Shown here: piece by piece, positions 28,043-38,244 of the stretch
Position numbering within the stretch: position 1 is the first letter of the stretch
How the letters are laid out: every line of letters starts with the position of its first letter
NCBI GenBank assembly: GCA_049273855.1
Contig: JBASRN010000012.1
Coordinates: forward strand, 4,666-68,665
DNA: 64,000 nucleotides
Direction of reading: 5' to 3'
DNA from: Blastocatellia bacterium
GTDB lineage: Bacteria > Acidobacteriota > Blastocatellia > UBA7656
Translations under genes and position numbers: made by a program
The notes under the pieces: model-generated
Told to the model about the DNA's origin: nothing
What the model saw: the letters and a program-made list of their open reading frames with translations, nothing else
Database searches by the model: none

Positions 28043-28429
28043 TCAGCCACGGCTTCGGATCTTCTCTCCAGAAAGCAGCGTACTAGCTTCCCCCGCTTCC
28101 TTAGTGTACCCGGTGCTTTTCTCGACCTGCCAGACCTCTCCGTCTCGGCTTAAGATGTATCCGAGATACTCTTTCTTGAAATTGCCATCGCTTGACGCGA
28201 AATTGTGCGTCAGCGTTGCCGATATATACGCCTTATCGGGAAAGCTTGGGTCGGTATGAAAGAAGTCAACCTTAACCTCTCGAATACCTCGACTCTTCAG
28301 ATGCTGCTCCAGTGTTTTCTCGGCCGAAGACCTCGCGCTTTTGCAAGAGCCCGCGGTGACGGCCAAGCCAATTATGACCAACAGAATGGATAGGCTGGAA
28401 CGCCGAATTCCTGTTTGTATCTTCCGCAT
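28043..28429 (-). CDS. Putative lipoprotein (128 aa)
   Basis: Signal peptide with lipobox-like LAVTAGSC. No known domain. Confidence 0.5.
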   Translation of the reverse strand: MRKIQTGIRRSSLSILLVIIGLAVTAGSCKSARSSAEKTLEQHLKSRGIREVKVDFFHTDPSFPDKAYISATLTHNFASSDGNFKKEYLGYILSRDGEVWQVEKSTGYTKEAGEASTLLSGEKIRSRG

Positions 28430-28482
28430 AGAGAGTTTCTACCTGATGTGTTTCAGTTTTTCAAGCACGGTCTCGGAGTCGT

Positions 28483-29226
28483 ATGATAGCGGATGAAGAC
28501 AACAAGGATGACACTATGGCTTTGTATGTGAAACAGCTTCTGGCGGGTCGCGATTTTGCAGAGTTTGATGCCTTTGCCTCGCAGATGGCAAACTTTGTCT
28601 ACCTGGTTGGCGACGATGAGCAACGGACGTGCATGATTGTCGATCCAGCTTGGGACATACCGGCCATTCTCGACTTCATCGATCGCGAAGAGATGAGATT
28701 GACCGGCGCACTTGTCACTCATTACCACCCCGACCATGTCGGAGGCGAGATATTCGGTCACAACATATCGGGCTTGGCTGACCTGCTCAATATGCGACCG
28801 GTCATTGTCCACGTGAACGAAATCGAATGCGAAGGAGTGAAACAGGTGACCGGGCTTTCCGACAGCGACTTTCAGAAACACCCCGGTGGAGACGTTGTCG
28901 CAATCGGCGATGTCTGTGTTCGGCTCTTGCACACGCCCGGTCACACACCAGGAAGTCAGTGCTTTCTCGTGGACTCTGTCCTTATTTCGGGCGATACCTT
29001 GTTCATAGGAGGTTGCGGCCGAGTTGATCTGCCCGGCGGCGACCCAACACAGATGTACTACTCACTCACTCAGGTTTTAGGTAAGCTGCCTGATGATACT
29101 CTGCTGTTTCCCGGTCACGACTACGCACAAAAGCCCACGAGCACGATCGCCGAGGAAAAGAGAGAGAATCAGTATCTCCGTATGAGGACCCTCGACGACT
29201 GGAAACGCCTGATGGGCGAGCGTTGA
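28483..29226 (+). CDS. MBL-fold metallo-hydrolase (glyoxalase II-like)
   Basis: THYHPDHVGG and HTPGHTPGSQ metal-binding motifs. 247 aa. Confidence 0.8.
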   Translation: MIADEDNKDDTMALYVKQLLAGRDFAEFDAFASQMANFVYLVGDDEQRTCMIVDPAWDIPAILDFIDREEMRLTGALVTHYHPDHVGGEIFGHNISGLADLLNMRPVIVHVNEIECEGVKQVTGLSDSDFQKHPGGDVVAIGDVCVRLLHTPGHTPGSQCFLVDSVLISGDTLFIGGCGRVDLPGGDPTQMYYSLTQVLGKLPDDTLLFPGHDYAQKPTSTIAEEKRENQYLRMRTLDDWKRLMGER

Positions 29227-29350
29227 AAGTCACGAGAATCGGTTGACGGCAAAGCCTCCGAATGACTCTTCTTCAGTACCGCCCCTTGTTAGTTGTTACC
29301 GGAGCGGGTTATGCCGGGCAGAAATCGTCGTAGATTAGTATTGACTGCTA

Positions 29351-29365
29351 ATCCTTAATAAGGAT
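29351..29365. promoter_or_regulatory. Perfect palindrome ATCCTTA-A-TAAGGAT in the AT-rich region upstream of the chemosensory operon
   Basis: 7-bp inverted repeat with a 1-nt spacer. Adjacent TTGACT -35-like hexamer at 29341-29346. Confidence 0.3.
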
Positions 29366-29586
29366 AATGAGCCCAATTAGTTGGCTGCTCAGTTATCGGT
29401 TCTGCTCCCGTCCTGCGCCCCGTCAGGCCCGCTCTCCGAACATCGATAAACCAGCGTAGGCCTGCCCCTTTTCTGATACAAAAAAGTAAAGTCGACTAGC
29501 CTGAGGTTGTGAAGGCAGCCCGGAGTGCATTCGCCCCATTTCTCTGCCGGTCCTCAGGGTTCAAGATCAAGAAACGGTGAGTATTT

Positions 29587-31908
29587 ATGGACCTGATGGA
29601 AGGAAGCAATCGCGCGGGAGAAGGTGATTCTCATTTAGTGTCGGTTCTCAGCAGAATGGGTTTCAAGTCTCTCAGCGAGAAGCTGACCGTGCTGTCACTG
29701 ACGTTGCCTTGCTTGTTGAGCCTGATTGTCTTCGCATGTGTCTATTTGGGCTTTCACAACACACCGCAACAACAGGTCCTCACTGTTGCTGTGATCAGTG
29801 CCAGTGCAATAGGCCTGCTTTCGCTGTTCGGAATGCTGGGCCTTTCCGTGGTCTTCGGCAAGGGAGTGAGCGTCAGTGAAACCAGGCTCGAAAACCTAGT
29901 CGCCGAGCGCAAGCAGTCGGACTTGGTTCACTCCGCCCTTTACCGCATCGCCGAGATGACAAGTTCGGCAGAGGACCTTCCCGCTTTTTATGACGCTGTC
30001 CACAAGATCGTTGGCGGGTTGATGTACGCGGAGAATTTCTTCATTGCTGTATACGAGCCTTCGACCGATCTAGTTAGCTTCCCGTGTTTTGTTGATGTCG
30101 TCGACACCTCCCCTCAACCACGCAAGTTGAAGCGCGGAATGACCGAGTACGTATTGCGGACGGGGCAGCCGCTTCTCTCCTCCCGCGAGAGTATAGAGCC
30201 TCTCGTTAGGCGGGGGGAGATTGAGGTGATAGGAACCATGCCGGCATGCTGGCTGGGCGTTCCTCTCAAACTCGGAGACGAAAGCATCGGCGTGATCGCG
30301 GTGCAAAGCTACAGGGAAGATATTGCGTTCGGCGAGAAAGAAAAGGAAGTCCTCACCTTCGTCTCGCAACATCTGGCAACTGCACTAAATCGTAAGCGCG
30401 CCGACGAGGCGTTGCGAAGGAGCGAAGAGAAGTACCGCACTATCCTTGAGAGCATCGAGGACGGTTATTACGAAGTCGATCTGGGCGGGAACTTGACCTT
30501 CTTCAACGATCCGGTCTGCAAGCTTCACGGATTCTCACCCGACGAGCTGAAAGGTATGAACAACCGTGACTACATGGATCCAGAAGTAGCGCGTAACGTT
30601 CATAAGGAGTTTAACAAGGTCTTTCGTACCGGTGAGCCGAGCGGCGAATTTTCGTACGCGATAAACCGAAAAGATGGTGAGAAGAGACATGTCGAAGCCT
30701 CAATTTCGCTCGTGCGTACTCCCGAGGGCGAGCCAAACGGATTCCGGGGCATCATACGCGACGTAACCGAGCGCCGAAGGTTAAAGGAATCGTTCGAGCG
30801 AAGTATGGACGAATTCCTGTCAATCGTCTCAAAAGTCTCAGAGGGCGACCTGACCCGCCGGGGTGCCCAAGGAGATGACACGCTGGGAAGAGTTGTTCAG
30901 TCGGTTAACAAGATGCTGGATCATTTCAGCACCATGCTCACCGAAGTGAAACAGATAGGGTTATCGGTTTCCTCAAGCGCAACGGAAATCCTTGCAGCCG
31001 CAGAGCAGATTGCGGTCGGCTCGCAGCGTCAGGCCGACGAGATAACTAACACCTCGAGCGCCGTAGAAGAGATGGCCGCATCTATGAATCAGGTTTCCAG
31101 AAATGCAGAAGCGTCTGCCGAAGCCGCTCGGCGCGCGCTCGACATGGCCCAGCACGGAGACAAGTCGGTACGCGACACTTCCGAGGCGATGTCAAGGATT
31201 GACTCCGCAGTCTTGCAGACTTCCGACAAGATGCGTCTGCTCGGCGCTCGGAGCTCGGAGATATCCGAGATCATAGACCTGATCAACGACATCTCCGCGC
31301 AGACCAACCTGCTGGCGCTTAACGCCGCAATCGAAGCCGCTCACGCGGGCGAGGCCGGCCTCGGATTCAGCGTTGTGGCGGACGAGATCAGAAAACTGGC
31401 CGAGCGCTCGGCTCGCGCCACCAAAGATGTGGCGAGCTTGATCAAGTCGATCCAGAACGAAACCTCGGAGGCCCTCCTGGCGATGGAAGCCGGTATGAAC
31501 GAGGTCAAAGGCGGAAGCTCATTAGCGTCGCAAGCGAGTCGAGCGCTTCAAGATATATCCGCGGCCGTACGCCAGTCATCTGAGCTTATCGAGGAAATCT
31601 CGGCAGCCTCCGACGAGCAGGCTCGCGTCACTAGCAATCTAGCCGGCGCAATGCAAACCATCTCGAGCATTACGCTCGAGACCTCGGCCGGTGCTCACGA
31701 GACGGCGCAAACGATTCAGGGCATGGTAGGGCTCTCGGATCGGCTTAACCGTGCCATTTCGCAATTCCGAGTCCAGGACGACTTCATACATCCGTTCGCC
31801 TACGACCCGCCGACTTCAGCAGGCGGAGTTATCGGGCACAGTTCTCAGTCCTTTCGATTGCGACAAGCTGACCGAGTGCGGGACCAGGGAGGCGCGAGTG
31901 ACCGTTAG
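29587..31908 (+). CDS. Methyl-accepting chemotaxis protein with N-terminal TM helices, GAF and PAS sensor domains
   Basis: Two N-terminal TM segments. GAF-like region (..IGVIAVQSYREDIAFGEKE..). PAS (EEKYRTILESIEDGYYEVDL..). MCP signalling domain (LLALNAAIEAAHAGEAGLGFSVVADEIRKLAERSA). Confidence 0.9.
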   Translation: MDLMEGSNRAGEGDSHLVSVLSRMGFKSLSEKLTVLSLTLPCLLSLIVFACVYLGFHNTPQQQVLTVAVISASAIGLLSLFGMLGLSVVFGKGVSVSETRLENLVAERKQSDLVHSALYRIAEMTSSAEDLPAFYDAVHKIVGGLMYAENFFIAVYEPSTDLVSFPCFVDVVDTSPQPRKLKRGMTEYVLRTGQPLLSSRESIEPLVRRGEIEVIGTMPACWLGVPLKLGDESIGVIAVQSYREDIAFGEKEKEVLTFVSQHLATALNRKRADEALRRSEEKYRTILESIEDGYYEVDLGGNLTFFNDPVCKLHGFSPDELKGMNNRDYMDPEVARNVHKEFNKVFRTGEPSGEFSYAINRKDGEKRHVEASISLVRTPEGEPNGFRGIIRDVTERRRLKESFERSMDEFLSIVSKVSEGDLTRRGAQGDDTLGRVVQSVNKMLDHFSTMLTEVKQIGLSVSSSATEILAAAEQIAVGSQRQADEITNTSSAVEEMAASMNQVSRNAEASAEAARRALDMAQHGDKSVRDTSEAMSRIDSAVLQTSDKMRLLGARSSEISEIIDLINDISAQTNLLALNAAIEAAHAGEAGLGFSVVADEIRKLAERSARATKDVASLIKSIQNETSEALLAMEAGMNEVKGGSSLASQASRALQDISAAVRQSSELIEEISAASDEQARVTSNLAGAMQTISSITLETSAGAHETAQTIQGMVGLSDRLNRAISQFRVQDDFIHPFAYDPPTSAGGVIGHSSQSFRLRQADRVRDQGGASDR

Positions 31909-32401
31909 GCGGCAAGTAGTGGTGTTTAAGATCGGGGCAGAAGAATTCGCCGTCGACATACTGCTGACAAAGGAAGTTCTTGTCCCACGAGAGATAACGC
32001 CGGTACCTGATACTGAGGAGTTTGTTGAGGGCGTGATGAATCTCAGGGGAAATCTCTTACCGATAATTGATTTAAGAAAGCGGTTGAGGGCCCGGGCAAC
32101 GCCAACTCAGCGAGAACACCGCATCGTTATAGCGAACATCGATGATCGGACAGCGGGTCTGATTGTCGACGGTGCTTCCGAGGTCATAAGAGTGACTGAT
32201 GACATGATTGAACCTGTGCCCGACGCCATTTCAGAGATGGGCGCGGGGTATGTTGAAGGCGTCATCAACGTGAGGAACAGGTTTATTACACTGATCGATC
32301 TGCGGAAGGCGCTTTCTGGCGAAGTTCTCAGCGAATTGGATTGCGTAATCGAAGCGCTGTCCCGGCTGCGCGAGTTGCCTCCTCCAGCGAAGGCAAGTTG
32401 A
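31898..32401 (+). CDS. cheW: CheW coupling protein
   Basis: CheW domain (VVVFKIGAEEFAVDILLTKEVL..). GTG start with GGGAGG SD. Overlaps the MCP stop. Confidence 0.8.
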   Translation: MTVRRQVVVFKIGAEEFAVDILLTKEVLVPREITPVPDTEEFVEGVMNLRGNLLPIIDLRKRLRARATPTQREHRIVIANIDDRTAGLIVDGASEVIRVTDDMIEPVPDAISEMGAGYVEGVINVRNRFITLIDLRKALSGEVLSELDCVIEALSRLRELPPPAKAS

Positions 32402-32445
32402 CAACTTGCTTCGCCGGATTGGGTTGTTCGTGAGGTTATTAGCCA

Positions 32446-33303
32446 ATGCATCACATTGGATCAGAGTTACGCCAGCCGGAAATCCTTTCTGACAGTGAAT
32501 TCAAGCTGTTCAAGGACCTGATCTACTTCGAGTGTGGCGTCAGCATTGGAAACGAGAAGCGAACATTTCTCGAGTCAAGGCTAAGGAGAAGGATGGATGA
32601 TCTCGGCATCCGAAGCGGCTACGAGTACTACTGCCTCATTAAACACTCGCAGGGAAGATCGCAGGAGCTCCCATCGCTACTCGACACGCTGATGATATGC
32701 GAGACCGCTTTCTTCAGGAATCAGCCGCAGTTTGACCTGCTTAGGCAAGTGGTCCTACCGGAAATCATCGAGAGGAAGGAACGAGCAGGGACGCGCCTGA
32801 TTCGCGTGTGGAGCGCGGGCTGCTCGACCGGTCAGGAGCCATACAGCGCAGTCATCGCGATGCTCGAGTCACTCCCCGAGGCGCAGACATGGACTCTGCG
32901 GGTGTTTGCCTCTGATCTTTCGTTTACAGCGCTCGAGCGCGCGCAAGGCGGAGTTTATAGGGAGGATCAACTGAAAGGAATCGAGCCTGGCTGCATATCG
33001 AAATACTTTCGACGCGAGAACGGCCACTATGCCGTGAGCGATGCGGTAAAGAGACGCGTTATCTTCGACTATCACAATCTGAAGCACGATAACGGGCTTC
33101 GTGGTCTGGACGTGGTTTTTTGCAGAAACGTGATGATCTACTTTGACGGGAATGAGCAACGGCGCCTTATCGCTCGCTTCGGGAATTGCCTTTTGCCAGG
33201 CGGGTATCTCTTTCTTGGTCACGCGGAGAGTTTGCAAGGTTTGTCGGGCAGATTCTCAATGGTACATCGCAACAAAGGCATTGCCTACAAACTGGAGTCG
33301 TGA
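32446..33303 (+). CDS. cheR: CheR-type MCP methyltransferase
   Basis: CheR N-terminal and SAM-binding domains (RVWSAGCSTGQEPYSAVIAM). Confidence 0.9.
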   Translation: MHHIGSELRQPEILSDSEFKLFKDLIYFECGVSIGNEKRTFLESRLRRRMDDLGIRSGYEYYCLIKHSQGRSQELPSLLDTLMICETAFFRNQPQFDLLRQVVLPEIIERKERAGTRLIRVWSAGCSTGQEPYSAVIAMLESLPEAQTWTLRVFASDLSFTALERAQGGVYREDQLKGIEPGCISKYFRRENGHYAVSDAVKRRVIFDYHNLKHDNGLRGLDVVFCRNVMIYFDGNEQRRLIARFGNCLLPGGYLFLGHAESLQGLSGRFSMVHRNKGIAYKLES

Positions 33304-33309
33304 GTTCGA

Positions 33310-35064
33310 ATGGATGAGCTGAGCAAAGAAGAGCTAGAGCAGTTGCTTGAGGTGTTTCGCGAGCAGTCTGTCCGCATTCTTGACGAGATGGGGGACGATC
33401 TGCTGGCGCTCGAAGCCGGAGCAGCGGACCCCGAGATCATGACTCGACTGCGGAGAGCCGCGCATACGATAAAGGGCGATTCGGCTTGTGTCGGCTTCGA
33501 GGGCGTGACCGAGGTAGCGCACCGTATCGAGGATGTCTTCGACGCGGTTCTGAATGGAGAGGTCAAACTGGAGAGGCGAGTCGTTGACCTGGTGCTGCAG
33601 AGCCTCGATGCGCTCCGAGCCGTTGTTGGCGCGGAGGACGTCACCGATCTTGGCGAGCATACCGTCTCGAGCTTGCTGGCTGGCCTCGGAAAGGTCAGTT
33701 CCGAATCTACCGCTTGTGCGATTCACCACGAGGCGAAGCGGCTGGCAAGGCCGGCGGCGGTAGGATCGGACGCTCAATTGCTGCCCGCGGCGGTCGAGCG
33801 AGGCTCAAGGCCCCGTCGAGAGTTTGTCCGCGTCGAAGCCGGGAAGCTGGATGCGCTTATAAACCTCGCCGGCGAGATGGTGATTGCGCGATCTGTTCTC
33901 AACCAGCCAGGTCCAGAGCTTGGTTGCGTGCTCGCGGCGCATGAGTTGGCAGGCAGCTTCAGCAGCGCCAACGCGCAGATCGGCAAGCTCATATCCGAGC
34001 TTCAGAAGAGCGTTCTCAAGATGAGAATGGTGACGATCGACAACGTCTTCAAGAGGTTCGCAAGGCCGATGCGCGAGCTTGCAAGCGCGACGGGGAAGCA
34101 GATCGAATTTGGGTTCGGCGGCGGTGAGACTGAGCTTGACCGAGCGCTGGTTGACGTTCTCTATGAACCGCTCCTTCACCTGCTACGAAACGCTATCGAT
34201 CACGGCCTTGAAGTGACAAACGAACGAATTGCTTGCAGCAAGCCGGCGGTTGGCCGAATAGCCTTGCGAGCTTATCACGAAGGCAATCAAGTGGTCGTCG
34301 AGGTTAGCGATGATGGTCGTGGGCTAGATTCAGCCAAGCTGAAACAGCGCGCGCTGCAACTCGGCTTGATCTCAAAGCAAGAAGCCGAACAGATGGATGA
34401 CGAAGACGCGCTCGGGCTGGTTTTTCGCCAGGGCTTTTCCACCTCCAAGGAACTTACGCGGCTCTCCGGGCGGGGAATTGGCGCGTCGACAGTCAAAAGC
34501 GTCGTCGAGCAGCTACGAGGAACTGTCAGCGTCAAGAGTCAGTCGGGTGTGGGGACGACGTTCGCGCTTCGGATGCCGCTGACGCTCGCAATAATCAGAG
34601 CGCTGCTATTTAAGGCCGGGGGGCGGCTGTTTGCTCTTCCGCTTCTAGTCGTAAGCGAGATAGTTCGTTTGGACGTCAACGAGATCGTGCACATAGATGG
34701 CCTCGAGGCGTATAGGCTTCGCGATTGCTTCATCTCGGTTTTTAGACCGTGTGACGTGCTCGGATTCGAACGGCGCAAAGGCGGCGTCGGCGCTGCCTTG
34801 AGGGCCGAAAGCCAACAGTTATTTGGCATGGTCTTGGCAACCGGATCGAAACGGTATTGTCTGATCGCAGACGAATTGATTGGTGAGCAGGAACTGGTCA
34901 TCAAGCCGCTTGATAGTCGCTGGTTACAGAACGACGCCCTTGCTGGAGCAGCGGTCCTTGGCGACGGCCGAGTGGCGCTGATTATGGACGCTGAGATGCT
35001 TTTTCGCCGAGCAGTAAAGCAGGAACGAAATAAAGGAGCCGCGAGGGAGACTTATGCAGTCTAG
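33310..35064 (+). CDS. cheA: CheA histidine kinase
   Basis: Hpt domain (AAHTIKGDSACVGF). HATPase (LRNAIDHGLE.., GRGIGAS). C-terminal CheW-like domain. Confidence 0.9.
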   Translation: MDELSKEELEQLLEVFREQSVRILDEMGDDLLALEAGAADPEIMTRLRRAAHTIKGDSACVGFEGVTEVAHRIEDVFDAVLNGEVKLERRVVDLVLQSLDALRAVVGAEDVTDLGEHTVSSLLAGLGKVSSESTACAIHHEAKRLARPAAVGSDAQLLPAAVERGSRPRREFVRVEAGKLDALINLAGEMVIARSVLNQPGPELGCVLAAHELAGSFSSANAQIGKLISELQKSVLKMRMVTIDNVFKRFARPMRELASATGKQIEFGFGGGETELDRALVDVLYEPLLHLLRNAIDHGLEVTNERIACSKPAVGRIALRAYHEGNQVVVEVSDDGRGLDSAKLKQRALQLGLISKQEAEQMDDEDALGLVFRQGFSTSKELTRLSGRGIGASTVKSVVEQLRGTVSVKSQSGVGTTFALRMPLTLAIIRALLFKAGGRLFALPLLVVSEIVRLDVNEIVHIDGLEAYRLRDCFISVFRPCDVLGFERRKGGVGAALRAESQQLFGMVLATGSKRYCLIADELIGEQELVIKPLDSRWLQNDALAGAAVLGDGRVALIMDAEMLFRRAVKQERNKGAARETYAV

Positions 35065-36142
35065 CAAGATTCGAGTGTTGGTCGTAGACGACTCAGCAGT
35101 CATGCGCAAGCTCATCTCGAAGTACCTTGAGAAGGACCCCGATATCGAAGTGGTCGCAACCGCGATCGACGGTGACTTCGCCTTGAGCAAAGTCGATCAA
35201 CTCAAGCCTGACGTTGTTACCCTGGACGTCGACATGCCCAGGATGGACGGGATCACCGTGCTTGGTCACATCGTAGCGAAGCACGACATCTCCGTGGTTA
35301 TGCTGAGTTCATTAACTGCGCGCGGCGCTTCTCTGACCATGCGCGCATTGGAGAAGGGTGCTGTTGATTTCATTTGCAAGCCCGGCGACCCCTCGCAAAT
35401 CGGCACGATGGCGGCTGAACTCATCTCGAAGATAAAAGGCGCCTCGCGAGGAAAGATCGTCGCGGCAAACAACCGGGCCCTCGATATACGAGTCACTAAG
35501 ACTAGACCGGCCTACGTCCCGCGCGGATCGAAAGCTCAGAAGATAGTAGCCATTGGGGCGTCTTCGGGTGGCCCGCACGCACTCAGATACCTGTTGCCGA
35601 GAATTCCGGCTGATCTGAATGCGTGTTTGTTGATCGTTCAGCATATGCCTGAGAGCTTCACTTCTATGCTGGCCCGCTGGCTCGACGAGATATGCGATCT
35701 CGAGGTCAGAGAGGCTACGGAGGGCGATTTGATCGCGCCCGGACGGGCGTTAATCGCGCCGGCGTGCGCGCATATGAAGGTACGTCGAGGTCGTTTTGGT
35801 TGCGAGGTCAAGCTTGAGCGCAGCGCTGTGGTAAATGGCCATATGCCTTCAGTTGATGTGCTGTTTCGATCCGTGGCGGCCGAGTACGGCAAACACGCAT
35901 TGGGAGTAATCATGACCGGGATGGGAAGCGATGGAGCCTTGGGCATTGGCGAGATCAAGAAGGCCGGAGGCACGACATTTGGTCAGAATAAAGAGAGCTG
36001 CTCGGTGTTCGGAATGCCGCGAGTTGCCATCGAAAAGGGCTTTGTTGATGAGATCGTGCCGCTCACTGAGATGGCTTCACGTGTAATAGCCGAGGTGGGC
36101 AGGGTGTCAGTTGGGGAGGAATGCCATGCGTTCAGTCGCTGA
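35054..36142 (+). CDS. cheB: CheB methylesterase/response regulator
   Basis: N-terminal receiver (VLVVDDSAVMR..DVDMPRMDG). C-terminal CheB methylesterase (AIGASSGGPHAL..). Confidence 0.9.
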   Translation: MQSSKIRVLVVDDSAVMRKLISKYLEKDPDIEVVATAIDGDFALSKVDQLKPDVVTLDVDMPRMDGITVLGHIVAKHDISVVMLSSLTARGASLTMRALEKGAVDFICKPGDPSQIGTMAAELISKIKGASRGKIVAANNRALDIRVTKTRPAYVPRGSKAQKIVAIGASSGGPHALRYLLPRIPADLNACLLIVQHMPESFTSMLARWLDEICDLEVREATEGDLIAPGRALIAPACAHMKVRRGRFGCEVKLERSAVVNGHMPSVDVLFRSVAAEYGKHALGVIMTGMGSDGALGIGEIKKAGGTTFGQNKESCSVFGMPRVAIEKGFVDEIVPLTEMASRVIAEVGRVSVGEECHAFSR

Positions 36143-36533
36143 AGAGCCGGCGGTCTTGAAATCGCCGCTGACCTGTTTGATTGTGGATGATTCCGCGTTC
36201 ATGCGATTTCATCTGAAGCGAATGATGGATTCGTTTGACAACGTGGTTGCAAGCGAGGCAGCTAACGGCACTGAAGCCATCAGAGAGTACGGCCGATTGA
36301 GGCCAGACATAGTCCTGATGGACATCGTAATGCCCGGAATCGAAGGTGTCGAAACCGTAAGGCGGATTTGTGACTCGGACCCGGCGGCACGCGTGATAAT
36401 GATCAGCTCAGTCAGCTATCGGGGAAAGGTCGAAGAAGCTCTTGCGGCCGGGGCGAAGTGCTTCTTACCGAAACCGGTCACAACCGAACAGCTCAGAAAG
36501 GCCATCGAGCAAGTATGCTCGGCGGCAAGTTAA
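36126..36533 (+). CDS. cheY: CheY-like single-domain response regulator
   Basis: Receiver domain LIVDDSAFMR ... DIVMPG ... K. GGGGAGG SD before ATG 36126. Confidence 0.85.
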   Translation: MRSVAEEPAVLKSPLTCLIVDDSAFMRFHLKRMMDSFDNVVASEAANGTEAIREYGRLRPDIVLMDIVMPGIEGVETVRRICDSDPAARVIMISSVSYRGKVEEALAAGAKCFLPKPVTTEQLRKAIEQVCSAAS

Positions 36534-36542
36534 GGGATAGAC

Positions 36543-37007
36543 ATGAGGTTAGACTTCGTCAAGATCTTCGTTGACTCGACAAGCCTGCTGTTTAAGGAAC
36601 TCGTGGGTGCATCGGTTGACGTTCCTTCGATAAGCATGAAGGCGAGCCCTGTTGCAGGCAGGGAAGTGATGGCTATCATCGGGCTCACCGGAGAGGCCCA
36701 GGGTCGGGTGATTTTTGACATGGATTTGTTCACCGCCGTTCAGCTTGCCGGGCATATGATGGGAGAGCCTTCACCAGGGTTGACGCCGCTGGTTCGCAGC
36801 TCGATCGCTGAGCTCGCATCGATGGCCATAGGGCGCGCGATATCCAGGATAAACGACCAGGGCACCCGGCTGAAAATGAGCCCGCCTACCGTGATCACCG
36901 GCGCGAATCTCGTAAGCTATGACCAGTGCCTTGAAACGCTGGTGGCGCCGATCAGCACTGCTTATGGCGAAGTGCGAGTCAACGTTACCATTCAGGATTT
37001 GGACTAA
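36543..37007 (+). CDS. cheX: CheX/CheC-like chemotaxis phosphatase
   Basis: 154 aa. CheC-like fold signature (..AIIGLTGEAQGRVIFDMDLFTAVQLAGHMMGE..). Confidence 0.65.
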   Translation: MRLDFVKIFVDSTSLLFKELVGASVDVPSISMKASPVAGREVMAIIGLTGEAQGRVIFDMDLFTAVQLAGHMMGEPSPGLTPLVRSSIAELASMAIGRAISRINDQGTRLKMSPPTVITGANLVSYDQCLETLVAPISTAYGEVRVNVTIQDLD

Positions 37008-37020
37008 AGAGGAGCGCCCA

Positions 37021-37842
37021 ATGACACAGAAGCCTGAAGAAATACTGACAATTTTCTCGAAGAGCGAAGAGCTACTCGAGCTATTCAGGAGGGGCAAGGC
37101 ATTCACCGAGGAACTTATGTGCGAGAACGAACGGCTTCGCTATCGCGTGATCCATCTCGAGACTGAGAAACTTGATCTCTCAGACATGCTGATGAAAGAA
37201 ATCGAGCGCGTCAGGCTTGAGAATAAACAGCTTGCGCAGAAGATAGACTTCCTGGACGGCCGCTTTCACGAGGTTGAAGAAGAAAACAAGGACTTCGCGC
37301 TTCGTTACGTCGAGGTTGAGGAGCAGAACGAAAGCCTCGCAAACTTGTACGTAGCGAGCTACAGGCTTCACTCAACGCTCGATCCGGCGGAAGTAGTTGA
37401 GTGCATTAAGGAAATCCTGGTGAATATGGTCGGGTCGGAGGAGTTCGGCCTCTTCGTTGTGGATGAGGAGACCAGCGAACTGGTGCTTGCCGGCTACGAA
37501 GGCGAGATTGCTCAACGAGTGGAGAAGGGAAGGGTCCCGCTAGGCGAGGGCCTTGAGGGGATGGTAGCAGAAACCGGCGATCCCTTCTTCACAGAAGACG
37601 CAAGCGACGGGGGTGAGGTCTGTGCCTGCATACCACTTAAAATCAAGGAGCGTGTGGTCGGCGTCATAGCAATGTACAAGCTGCTGGCGCATAAGGCAGG
37701 TCTGACACCGCTGGATCATAAGCTTCTCGAGCTTCTGGCGGGACATGCGGCGAGCGCAATCGTAAGCTCAAAGCTCTTCGCGCAAGCCGATCGCAAGCTC
37801 CGGACGATGGAAGGCTTCATAAGCCTGTTGCGCACACAGTGA
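37021..37842 (+). CDS. Coiled-coil plus GAF-domain protein (274 aa)
   Basis: The N-terminal ~110 aa are heptad-rich (LRYRVIHLETEKLDLSDMLMKEIERVRLENKQLAQKIDFLDGRFHEVEEENKD). The C-terminal region is GAF-like. GAGGAG SD. Confidence 0.6.
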   Translation: MTQKPEEILTIFSKSEELLELFRRGKAFTEELMCENERLRYRVIHLETEKLDLSDMLMKEIERVRLENKQLAQKIDFLDGRFHEVEEENKDFALRYVEVEEQNESLANLYVASYRLHSTLDPAEVVECIKEILVNMVGSEEFGLFVVDEETSELVLAGYEGEIAQRVEKGRVPLGEGLEGMVAETGDPFFTEDASDGGEVCACIPLKIKERVVGVIAMYKLLAHKAGLTPLDHKLLELLAGHAASAIVSSKLFAQADRKLRTMEGFISLLRTQ

Positions 37843-37849
37843 AGGAGGA

Positions 37850-38236
37850 ATGATGGACGGCAGATCTTTGTTAGTCGTGGATGATTCGGCGACCTTCAGG
37901 CAGTTGCTGTGCATGAGCTTGCAACGGGTCGATGGGATATCGCGAGATGACATAATGGAAGCATCGGACGGCGCGGACGCGCTTGAGAAAGTAAAGAGCA
38001 ACAGCTTTGATCTGGTCCTTACCGACATACGGATGCCCAGGATGGATGGCTTGGAATTCGTCAGACAAGTAAGGACAGAGCTGCATCGGCAAGACCTACC
38101 CATCATAATCATCAGCACAAAAGGAGCGGAAGAGGATATTGAGCTGGGAATGACCCTCGGGGCCAGCGGCTACTTATCGAAGCCGATTTCGATGACCAGG
38201 CTGAAGGAGCTTGTTACGCGCTTCTTGCCACAATAG
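37850..38236 (+). CDS. CheY-like single-domain response regulator (second copy)
   Basis: LLVVDDSATFRQ.. DIRMPRMDG .. GASGYLSKP receiver signature. Confidence 0.85.
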   Translation: MMDGRSLLVVDDSATFRQLLCMSLQRVDGISRDDIMEASDGADALEKVKSNSFDLVLTDIRMPRMDGLEFVRQVRTELHRQDLPIIIISTKGAEEDIELGMTLGASGYLSKPISMTRLKELVTRFLPQ

Positions 38237-38244
38237 TAAAAGCC

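Noticed and set aside
29227-29586. Possible sigma-54 promoter upstream of the che operon (TGGCTGCTCAGTTAT)
   Set aside because: The -12 GC dinucleotide is absent at the required spacing.
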